Shown: positions 9,905 through 21,151 of the stretch, in pieces
Position numbering within the stretch: the stretch's first letter is position 1
Layout of the letters: every line of letters begins with the position of its first letter
Source: Eledone cirrhosa
Lineage: Eukaryota
Length of the DNA stretch: 64,000 nt
NCBI GenBank assembly: GCA_964016885.1
Contig: OZ024743.1
Coordinates: forward strand, 370,884,001 to 370,948,000
Reading direction: 5' to 3'
The notes under the pieces: model-generated
The model's database searches: none
What the model was told of the DNA's origin: nothing
The model's input: only the letters and a program-made list of their open reading frames with translations
Position numbers and translations under genes: made by a program

Positions 9905-11426
9905 AAGCCATGTATAAAGAAACAGTCAGCAAGGTTAGAATTAACAACGAATATAGTGAAGAGTTTAGCGTATAAGTTGGTGTTCATCAGGGCGCCATTC
10001 TGAGCCCCCTACTATTTATTATTGCCCTTCAGGCTATAACAGAGGAGTTCAAGACCGGCTGCCCATGGGAACTCCTATACGTAGATGATCTAACGCTCAT
10101 AGCTGAATCAATGGCCGAGCTAGAGAAGAAATTCCAAACATGGAAGCACGGCCTAGAATCAAAAGGCCTTAAAGTTAACTTGTCTAAGACTAAAGTTCTA
10201 GTTTGTAGGAAGGAAAATAAGGCACCGGTCCTATCTGGGAAATGGCCATGCTCAGTGTGTAGGAAAGGAGTAGGCAGAAACTCCATTTTATGTCCCAAAT
10301 GCAAAGTATAGGTGCATAAACGATATAGTGGGATGACAGGTCAGCTAACTAAGAATATAGATTTTATATGTGGCCGGTGCTCTGGTGCAATAAGTAGCAG
10401 CAAGTCCCCACAGAATACTAGCTCATTCCATTGCACAGATGGTTCTATAGAAATAGTGGACACCTTCCATTACCTGGGTGACAAAATCAGCAGTGGGGGA
10501 GGGAGCTCTGAAAGTACAGTAGCTAGAGTCAGAACGGGATGGAAAAAGTTCAGAGAGCTTATACCACTATTGGCCGCTAAAGGGTTCTCTCTAAAAATGA
10601 AAGGCAGGCTGTATGATGCCTGCATACGAACAGCAATGTTACATGGCAGTGAGACCTGGGCATTGTGTGCAGAGGATATACACAGACTGGAGAGAAACGA
10701 AGCTTGTATGCTCCGCTGGATGTGTAATAGTAATATACGTGAACGGCAAAGCATAAACGAACTAAGGGAGAAATTAGGAATAAGAGGGATCAGATGTTGT
10801 TTACTCGAGAGAAGACTGCGTTGGTATGGTCACGTGATGCGCATGAAAGACGACAGCTGTATAAAAAAATGCAGGGCGATAAAAATAGACGGTAGCCACG
10901 GAGTAGGCAGAACCAAAAAAACCTGAGACGACTTGATACATTCCGACCTCACACACTTACACCTCTCTAAGACAATGTCACTGGACCGAGATCTTTGGCG
11001 CTACACAGTAATACAGAAGACCTGCCTTGCCTAAGTACAAAGCGAAACCTACAGTCAGTAGGCACCTCTAACAAAATACACCCCCGTACCACTACGCCCA
11101 CCCCATCCACACCACCCCCTTAAATGTGAAGTTATGTTGGTACCAAACATCCAGTCCGAAACAAATGAGGTCGCGTAGGTGTCACGATAAAAAAACACAC
11201 AATCCACGCTGTAATGTGGCCGTGTAGGTAACACGGTAAAAACCTCCCAGTCCACACTGTAAACGTGGTTGGTGTTGGGAAGGGCATCCAGCCGTAGAAA
11301 ACCCGCCAGACAATCCTATACGAGCAAGACAACCAATCTTGCCTCAAGTGGGACAATTCCCGTCCAGACCCATGCTAGCGTGGAAAATGGACGTTAAACG
11401 ATGATGATGATGATGATGATGATGAT
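9905..11426 (+). mobile_element. RTE-clade LINE, 5'-truncated, (GAT)n tail
   Basis: GVHQG, YVDD, PHD insert, FHYLG, LHGSETW, RLRWYGHV; internal stops; family 3' UTR and (GAT)n tail. Confidence 0.93.
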
Positions 11427-11589
11427 ACACACACACATAGCATCATAATGTTGTAATACAGACTGCCAGGTATACAGACAGATATTATAAGGGCGCAACG
11501 TTATATCTATGTATCTATCTAAAAAGAAAGACTAAGAATTATAGCAAGAGATCGCTAAATTGCCTCAAAGCACTCACAGGACCACAGGT

Positions 11590-11683
11590 ATTACATGTGT
11601 AAAGTTTGAAAAAAATCGGTTAGCTGGTTCTCGAGTTTTAGGGAGTCAGACAGACAGACATTCTCTGTTTTAGATATATAGAT
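11590..11683 (-). mobile_element. Possible 5' end of a non-autonomous Helitron
   Basis: Minus strand reads A|TCTATATATCTAAAAC followed by (TGTC)n; no 3' end identified. Confidence 0.35.
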
Positions 11684-11684
11684 T

Positions 11685-12590
11685 ATGCATGCCAGAAAAA
11701 CACTACTGTTTGCTACCGACTCCATTTGGGTTAAAAATTCAAGCCCAAACGAGCCTTTCAATATCTCAATGGAGTTGTATGACAGCGCAGATATCTGTGA
11801 TTTGATTGGATTATTTATCCTCCATACCCTCAAGGAGAAATTTCCAGATCACACCATTGGTCTACATCATGACGATCGTCTGGCTGTCTCTAATAATAAC
11901 AACGGCTATTCCTTAATGAAAAATTAAGATACATCAACATCCTCTAAAGAAATATTCGATAAAGCAGCCTCATATTATTATAAAGCTCTTAGTGAGAGTG
12001 GTAACAACCAAAATAAAACTTAGAATAATCATCTAGTTCCCACCATCCTACTCCCTAGCGGTAAAAACTAATGTCAGTAGAAAATTCATACTTCTGATAG
12101 ATAAGCACTCCCACACCATAATGTATAATAAGATATTCAACAGGCAGTCAGTGAAAGTTAGCTACTCTTGAGGCTTGTTGATGAAGTAAAAAAATAACTG
12201 CAAAAAGAACACCATAGGACAACCCAGGATGCTCATGAAGGAAGAAATAAGAATGTCCCCTACAACAGAAATGCAACACAAGATCAGTAGTTTATGAAGC
12301 CATGATTGTAACAAATGTAAACAGCCAAACGACTGCAAATAAACAATATGTGAGCATGATGCAGGACCACTACAAACTGATACTACTCACATATCACCAA
12401 TATCTGGAAAAAACAATGGCAATGCTACCAGAGTATGGGAGCTTAAAAAAGGTGTCCACTTTGTATCAGTGAGAAATTCAGGATATTACAGGGCTTGAAG
12501 TCATCCATCAGATATATGAACAGTAAGATTGCGATGTTCAGAAAATACTCACATGTGAACACTCACTTGCTTGCGGCATGGGCCAATGCT
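11685..12590 (+). pseudogene. Degenerate Penelope-like RT/GIY-YIG from a second family
   Basis: KTLLF..W.K..FNISMELYDSADICDLIGLFIL..GLHHDD, KIFNRQSVKVSYS and SVVYEA remnants. Confidence 0.7.
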
Positions 12591-12821
12591 ATTACAAACC
12601 TACAAACACCTTAAACACCACACCAGAATATGTATAGTTATACATACATCGTATGTATCCCAAATAATCCTTGACATATGACAATACGCTTAACAACCAA
12701 TTTCACATTAATATCACAAATCCACAAATACCATAGAGAACTACACACCAAGATATGCATAAAGGCATACACAGGCTAGAAAATACACAAATAATTAGCA
12801 TTTGACTCTAATATACATAAA

Positions 12822-13608
12822 TTCTATAAAATCTGCACAATGCAGATCTTGGGTACACAAGAGATATAGTGGGATAGCAGGCAAACTAACAGGTAGGGAA
12901 AACTACATATGCAGTAGATGTACAGGGAAATTTGACAGTAGAAGTTGCAGTGATAGACACATTTTTCAAATGCAGGTAGGATCTCTAGAGGTGGTTGACA
13001 GCTTCCGATACCTAGGTGATCTCATTAGTAAGGGAGGAGGGTGCTCCGAGGCCATGGTATCTAAAATAAGGACGGGTTGGAAGACGTTTAGGGAGCTGCT
13101 TCCTCTGTTGACAAAGAAGGGTTTCTCCCTACGAGCGAAAGGCCGGTTATATAATGCCTGTGTGAGATGCGCGATGCTGCATGGTAGTGAGACATGGGCA
13201 GCAACTGCAGAGGATATGCGATGGCTGGAGAGAAATGAAGCAAGCATGCTCTGTTGGATGTGCAATGTCAATGTGTGTGAACGACCAAGCATAGATGTGT
13301 TGGGAGTGAAACTGTGTATAAGAGGAATAGATTGTAGTGTGCGGGATAGGAGACTGTGATGGTATTGATATATGATGCACATGGAGGATGACCGATGGGT
13401 GAAGAAGTGCCAAGAAATCCCACTAGAAGGAAGACGCAGTAGAGGAAGACCACGAAAAACATGTGCGGAGGTGGTGAGAGCAGACCTCAGATCACTGAAG
13501 CTCACGTAGGAGATGACAAAGAACCGTGACAAGTGGAGAGATGCTGTGCTGAATAGGACCCGTCCCACCCTTGCAAGCAGTGAAAAGCGGACTAAAATGA
13601 TGATGATA
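12822..13608 (+). mobile_element. RTE LINE 3' fragment, subfamily B
   Basis: PHD remnant, FRYLG, LHGSETW and (TGA)n tail; homologous to 62432-64000. Confidence 0.9.
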
Positions 13609-13929
13609 CATCTTAATACACCTAAATAAATATATAAGCAAGAGTTATTCCCCCGAATTAAGGAAAACATACAATTAATAGCTGATTAACTATAACATTA
13701 GCAAGAGATTTTCCCCTTGCATTAGGAAAAACAAAAAGTAAATTAAGAGACAGGGTCAGCTTGTCCTTGCACCTAATGAGATCTTACATTAGACATCTTT
13801 GTTTATAGTTACCTGAAAGAAAACAAAGCATGTGAATATGCACAAGCTCAATCTAAACCACATGCACAGTTGGAAAGCAGCAGTAGCAACCTTTATGTGT
13901 TGAAGATAACAATAATATGTGTGTGTATG

Positions 13930-14710
13930 TCCAGAATAAATGCAGCAAGATAGGGGACCTGATCACTCAGACTGCACACTTCTTGGATGTACTGAAGACG
14001 AACGGATACCCAATATCCACAGTGAATCGTTTTAAGAATTGAAAGAGCCGCAGGAATAAGACCTCTTCTTACACCTTCTTCATGAAAGTATCACACTTCA
14101 TGGAAAGCATAACCACAGCTATCCTATCAAAGAAGGACTGGACAAACAATTATCACACTCCAGCCCTTCACTATGTGGATACCTATCTAAAAAGCAATCC
14201 AGAGACAACAAGCCTAACTGCCCTATCCGCGACACAGGTACGTGCCAACTGACACATATGATATACCGAATTGAATACAGTAAATGTAACTAGTTCTACA
14301 TTGGTAGCACGGCTCGAGCACTCCATTGCATTAAGGAACACCAATAAAAAATATAACAGTCAATACTAAAATTTGGGCAATTTAAGAATTAAGGAAGCCT
14401 TGCTCATACATAGACTCAACCCACAAATAAATAACAGATTAGAACTCAGCACACAATACTTGATGTAAAAGGACACATGCACACGCAACCTAAACAACAT
14501 CTCATACAAGGAAATTGATTCAATGAAATATTACATCAGCAATTGAAGTCATCCTCTAGCTTCTCGTGAATAATACATTAAACAACGCTTGAAAGCAGTT
14601 ATAAAATTTAAATCTAAATCTAATTCCTAAGAGAAGACACCAGAATATTTTTTCTCTGAAAGTTCCTTATACTCTGAAGAAGGAAATTTTAAGTCCTGAA
14701 ATATTAGGAC
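13930..14710 (+). pseudogene. Degenerate Penelope-like 3' end with a decayed hammerhead at 14671-14708
   Basis: LKTNGYP, IYRIEYSKCN*FYIGSTAR..KEH, LRIKEALLI...PQINNR; CTGAAGA-agga..tcct-GAAA-tatTA. Confidence 0.7.
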
Positions 14711-15034
14711 AAAAGACACAACAAAAATAGCAAAACAAAGATTACCAGGTAAAAAATGTTTTCGTTACCTTTATTTTACAGTCCATTTTGCATTGTTTAA
14801 CCTTATCACATATATCACTTTCCACATTATATATTATATACAATGCTTCAAGCAAACTACATTTTATTATATCTATATCTATGTATAGTCAATATTGATT
14901 TCTTTCTTGAATATGAGGGCATTTCACACAAAAAGACTGCAGCAATTAACAAAGAAATGTTTCATTTTTAACTAATTAGGCTATCATCACCACCACTATT
15001 CAACAAATTATCGTTGTAACTTCACTGAATATGT

Positions 15035-15726
15035 GCTGTGAAAACTGAGATACTTGTCCTCTCAAAGAAGCCTGTACATGTGAATGGAGTTCCACTGAAA
15101 CAGGTAGAAAAGTTCAAGTATCTCGGAACCATGTTTATGAGTTATAGAAGGCAAGAGACTGAATTATGTGCAAGAATTGCAGGAGCTGGTGTAGTAATGT
15201 GCCAGCTTCAGCATTCAGTAATCAGAAGAAGAGAGGAAGACATAAAAGCCAAACTCACTATCTTCAATTCGATATTCGTGCCAACCCTTACTTATGGTCA
15301 TGAATCTTGGGTAATGAGTGAAAGAATACGATCATGAATACAAGCGGCCAAAATGGGGTTCCTCCGCAGCATCTTTGGTGTAACATTACTCGATAGAATA
15401 TGTAGCACAGAGATCAGAGAGTCACTCCCGGTAGAGCCACTACTTCTCCAAATTAAGAGATCACAGCTCCGATACTATGCGCATGTGGTTAGAATGTCTC
15501 AGGAACAAATCGCTAGACAGATTTTACGGGAAAAACCAACTGGCAAAACTCAGTAGTAGACGCCGAGAAAGATGGTTGGATAACATCAATGAAGTCAGTT
15601 GGTTTCACTTGGAGATCCAGCCAAATCAGTTGGAGATGGTTGCTTCTGACAAGACCCGCTGGAAAGAGTGTTTAAGGACTCTGCTCCCATGACCTTCTCA
15701 GGAATAATTGGGCAAAGAAGAGAAGG
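15035..15726 (+). mobile_element. RTE LINE 3' fragment, GAA-tailed family without the PHD insert
   Basis: EKFKYLG, LTYGHESW, QLRYYAHV; 15-bp TSD cttcactgaatatgt at 15020-15034 and 15727-15741. Confidence 0.88.
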
Positions 15727-15842
15727 CTTCACTGAATATGTATAACTATAAAGATATTGTAAACTTACAGCCAATCCTATGAAATAATCAAATATTGCAA
15801 CATATGGCAGAGTGGAATGAAGTGGGGTGCGGTGCGGTGCAC

Positions 15843-16400
15843 AATGGACAGATACACAGACGGACAGGTGTATACATATATAATAACATACATAGATGGA
15901 AAGATAGACAGATAAACAGACAGACGGATAGAGAGTAAAGTATGGATGGGGAAATTATTGAAAGGGTAATTAGCCAGCTAGAGAAATATTAAAATGGAGG
16001 AGTAGATATACAGCCAGAGAGATAGATGGATTGTCAGACAGCCAGATAAATGAATGGATAGAAAGATAAATGGATGGATAAACAGACTGATGGACAAGCA
16101 GACAGACAGATAAATAGATGGATAAATATATACATTAACAGATGAATGAATGGATAGACACATTGGCAGGCAAGCAGAGAGATAAATGAATGGATAAACA
16201 GACTGTCAAAGAGGCAGTCAGATAAAAAGATAAATAAGAAAAGGATAGACAGACAGACATACAAATAGTTAAATGGATGGATGAACAGACTGACAAATAA
16301 ATGAATGGCTACATTGACAAAAACAAATGAACAGAGATAAATGGTTTGATAGGCAGACAAACAGATAGACAGATAGATATACATAAGAGGAAACAGCATA
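15843..16400. repeat. Compound (GATA/GACA/GGAT)n tetranucleotide region
   Basis: Seen directly. Confidence 0.85.
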
Positions 16401-16981
16401 TGGTAAAATAAGAAAAAGTGGTGATGGTAGGATTAACTGAAAAACAAAACAAAAAATAATAATACAAATAAAAATAATACAATACTAAAATAAAACAAGA
16501 AAAAGAGAAAAAAGGAAAATAATGTAATACAATAACAGAGGAAAGTGACGGATATTTTACCTTTTTCTCTTCAACCTGTAGAAACATTGTATAATTTGGT
16601 AATCATTGATCATTAGTGGTGAGGGTAAAAGCAATCAGATTTCTCTCTCTGGTATTCTTCATGTAGTAGAGCCAAACAACAAGCACTACACTCATTCCTT
16701 CTCCACAGACAACACAACACTCATTTCTGTTAAACATGCAATGTAGGAATTCTTATTATACACACACTCTCACACTCAGCACAGTACATACACCATACAC
16801 ACTCACACACAACCATCATCAGATAAAGAAAATTAACTAAGCTCGCCGAATTCTTCTTATTTATTTAAATATTTAATTGATTTTGTTCATACACTTGTTT
16901 TTTTTTTCTTTTTTATTGAATTATATTTTTCCGACAGAGTTTCTACAAACTGAAAGATGGACAGGGTTTAAGTATGAAAAA

Positions 16982-17005
16982 TGTTGTTATTAGTAGTAGT
17001 AGTAA

Positions 17006-17060
<55 letters not shown>

Positions 17061-17063
17061 GGT
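16982..17063. repeat. (TAG)n/(TGG)n microsatellite
   Basis: Seen directly. Confidence 0.9.
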
Positions 17064-17736
17064 TTCCCATTTTGACACAAGGCCAGCAAAAGGAAAGTCT
17101 ATTATATCAAACCCAAGAGAAAACTAAATGAAACATAAAGACACAAAAGAACTAAGAGGAAGCCACCAATCAACATATAGGTAAGGAGCTGTCACTTGGT
17201 TTTCTTCAGGGCATTTCACAATTCTGACCATCTTCCACTTCCAGGTACTTATAATGTTCATGAGCATATTGGGTGTCAAGGTGGGTAAGAAAGGGCCATA
17301 TAATCATCCACCAGCTTGTAAAGTGAATTTTACTAGCAGTCTATCTTTTATATACTCCACATAACCGGAGCCCATTTACTTGCAGTTCATTTAACCAAGT
17401 GGTTCTCAACCCATGTCTTTATGGTCCCTGGAGGTCCATACAATTTTTTTTCTTTTTGCTTCATGGAAGCAAAATAGCAAATTAGGGATCCACAGTAGTA
17501 TTTCAGTGGTTTAGCGGGGAAAATTGCTTTATACGTATTTATTGCAAGAAACTATCTTTAAGCGTTAGAGAATGAGACCTAGGTTTCTCTAACGCTTAAC
17601 ATAGTTCGACATAGTAGTGTGTAACTCTCACATTTCTGCTTTTATTTGGGTAAGTAAACAGTGTAGTGATATTTGTATTCATTTTAAATTTATTATTTTA
17701 ATTTAGGTATTTCAACTTTTATATATTGCAAATCTA

Positions 17737-17912
17737 GTATCGGTAGAGGGTCGGACGCCATGCTTTGCAGCACAGTTACGTCCCTTTACTGACTGAGTTC
17801 AAATCCCGCCGAGGTTAACTTTGCCTTTCATCCTTACAGGGTCAATAAAATAAAGTACCAGTAATACACTGGGATAATTGCTGGCCTTGTGTCAAAAAGT
17901 AGAAACAATTAT
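17737..17912 (+). mobile_element. tRNA-derived SINE inserted in the hAT element
   Basis: B-box gagttcaaatccc and central gcctttcatcct..gtc.ataaa..gtaccag block; multiple copies in the window. Confidence 0.85.
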
Positions 17913-18617
17913 TTTAATTAAAATCTACTTATCTTTTAAACTTAAATCTTTCAGTTTTATTTACTTCTTCATTTCAAAAGTATCAATGATATTAATTATA
18001 ATTATTAAGAACACTTATTATTAAAATGTATGTCATATTTGTACACTTTCACCATATATGTTTTATTTTGCCAGATTGCTCTTGGCTCCTCCAATTAAGA
18101 AGAAATACTAACAGTATTTTATTGAATATCTATCTTATGGTTTTATTCCATAACCACAGAATAAAGTGAATCAATGTCTCATATGTATGGATGTACTGTC
18201 AAATGATAGCATGAAGCCAGCTAAGATTAAAATCCTTTGGAGACCAAGCACAAAGATAAGAAAACAATTCAATAGAATACGTTAGAAAACCACGCAATGT
18301 ATTTCAAACAATAAAAAAATCAGTGAGTCAGTTATTTAGTAATGAAGTATATAAAAAAAATAATGGTTTACAGGGAGCATCTTATGAAATTTCTAAGATA
18401 ATAGCAAAGGCTGGAAAACCCCATAATATTGGTGAAACTGTAGTTTTGCCAGCAGTCTCAGTTATTATTTCATCAGTTATGAAACAAAATGCACATGAAA
18501 TTACTAGTATCATTCTTTTAAGTAACTCATTAGTGTCCCGGCACACTAAAGAAATGGCTGAGAGTGTAGAAAAGCAACTATTAGCCAAAATACATACAAA
18601 GAAATTTGCCCTTCAAC

Positions 18618-18866
18618 ATGCATGTGATCAGAATGTCTAAGGAAAGAATCACTGAACAGATTTTATGGGCAAAACCAACCAGCAGGAGACCCAGGGGTAG
18701 ACCGCAAGCAAGATGGTCAGATAACATCCATGAGCTCAGTTGGTCTTGCTTGGTGATCCAGCTGGATCAATTGGAAACAGTTGCTTCTGACAGGACTTGC
18801 TGGAAGCCGTGCTTGAGGACTCTCCCAAGACCCTCCCAGAAATAAATGGGCAAAGAAAAGAAGAAC
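18618..18866 (+). mobile_element. GAA-tailed RTE 3' fragment inserted in the hAT transposase
   Basis: HVIRM..RRPRGRP..W; homologous to 15480-15726. Confidence 0.8.
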
Positions 18867-21151
18867 ATAATGAAATTAACTGGAGAGATAATGAGGCTAT
18901 TTTATTGGAATATGTGCAATTGTGATAATGGACTCAGGGAGGAAGTGATTTTTGCCAGAAGCCTTAAAACAGCCACAAGAGATGAAACAACTTTTTAAAA
19001 TGTTGTTACTTATTTTGAGGAAAATAATATTCCACTCAAAAATATAATGGCTTCTGTTAATGATGGTGCTCCATCAATGATAGATAGATGCAGAAGTGTT
19101 ATTGTACATTTAAAAATGCTGAGCCTGAAATATTTTGCATACAGTGTGTGATACACAGGCAACACTTAGTTACAAACTATTAAGTGGACATTTGCCCTTA
19201 AAATTGTAATAAAAGTGGTTAACCATATTAAATCTTTACACAACTGCATCCTTCATGAATTTTGTAATCAAAATGGAGAAGAGTTTGAATGCCTTGCAAT
19301 TCATACAGAAGTGAGAGTTATCAAAAGGTAATTGTCTGTCGTTTTGTTGCATTTTGGGACTCTATTTTCTCATTTCTGGCTAACAACCATTTCAGAGAAC
19401 ACATGGTTGCAGTTAAATGTGATATGTTTTACTTATCAGATATATTTGATAAAATTAATTTACCTAATATATAGATTCAAGGAGAAACTCTAATCTCATA
19501 CTTTCCAAAGGAACTATTGTTGTTTTTCTAGGATAAAGTACAGTTCTACAAAATGTCATACATTGTATGTCATACATTGTATGTCATACATTATCCTAAT
19601 TTCTAAATTTGGAATCAATTAGCAGTGGTCCACACAATGATGACCTTGCATTTTATGCTTGAACATAGGAAAAACTTGCACAATAATACGTAAGATCAGT
19701 TTAGCAACCTACTTAAGCTAACTATCCCACATTGGGTGACACTTCTTTTTAAAGTTAATGTTGACTGTCAGTTAGAGACACGGATTAAACCACTTTAAGC
19801 AAGGTAAGATGAAGGAAATGCAATAACGTACATTAAGCTTCATATCTTTAAATCTTGCTTGAAATATTTCATCACTCTGCAATTCAAAGAGATTCTCCTG
19901 CAAATAGATATCTAAGCAAGATTTAAAGATATGAAGCTTAATGTACGTTATTGCATTTCCTTCATCTTACCTTGCTTAAAGTGGTTTAATCCGTGTCTCT
20001 AACTGACAGTCAACAGTTTGTAACCAACTCAACATTGTGATCTTCAATTGTTATTGACAAAGCTGGAGCCAAATACTGCAAAACTACTTAAGCAGAATCA
20101 ATCACAAGGTTCATATTGAATGAAGTAGCATTAAATTAGTGTATATTTATTACTTATTTTAATAGTGAACTTTTATTTCCCAAAGAATTTAGTTAGTTGC
20201 TAAAGTTTATGTGCAATAAATTGGTTATAATTTTAAAATACAGAAAATATTTCAACAATTTTTTATACAATTCTAATAATTTTTAAAAATTGATAGAAAT
20301 CAAGTCCATAGGTAAAAAAAAGGGTTGAGAACCACTGATTTAACCTATAATTTCCTAAAATAATGATTGAAAATACCTAAAAACAGTTTTGTTAATTCAA
20401 ATGTTTATAATATCTTGACCAGTGGACAGTTAGTTACGAAAATCTTTAATTTTTAATCTGAGACAGTCATAGTGCTGTTTTGTACTTTTCAAGAATGTCT
20501 TGTCAATGTAGTTTCATGCAGTACGGGATGTTATGGTTTAAGTTATTCACCAGTTCCATGTAGACAATTCAAAAGACTGAACTGCTTACATTCCCAAGAG
20601 AATGTTAGGGACTCTTTGCATGTTTTACTTGCCTCTTATTTGCAGCTTATCTTCTTCTTTGTGAATCTATTCTTTCTTGCACCTCTCTAGTCCCAGAAAG
20701 TTTACCATCCTTGTCCCTTCACCATAAAATTAATCATAACATTCAACAACTGAATCACCATCATCATCATTTTATTTCCCCCTTCCATGCTGGCATGGCT
20801 TCATTAGGTTGTCATAGTCTGAGATTAGATGGTTCAAAGAGACCTCATCATACTTACAGTGTCCATGTTTGGCATGGTTTCTATGGCTGGATGCCATTCC
20901 TAATGCTAATCCCTTTACAGGGGGTACCAGGTGCATTTTATTATGGAACCATCCCTACCATTCTACAGAGTGTTCTATCATATTTGAATGAGACTACTAA
21001 CACCATCACTATTAAGATCTAAAACAAAACATTAAATAAAAAGCATCATTTGTAAACAACAATTAGGATTGTCAACATAATTAGTGACAAGGTATCAAAG
21101 ATCACAAGTTACATTATTAAAACAGAAAGAACTAAAACAAGTAATAATAAT

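Larger units (their letters stand above)
17397..20337 (+). mobile_element. hAT (Buster/Charlie-type) DNA transposon with a decayed transposase
   Basis: TIRs agtggttctcaacc / ggttgagaaccactg; 8-bp TSD ATTTAACC at 17389-17396 and 20338-20345; BED-like CLIC..LSNDSMKPAK, IAKAGKPHNIGE, DGAPSM, CVIHRQHL. Confidence 0.9.

Noticed and set aside
15978-16587. Hydrophobic minus-strand ORFs
   Set aside because: They are translations of tetranucleotide and A-rich repeats.
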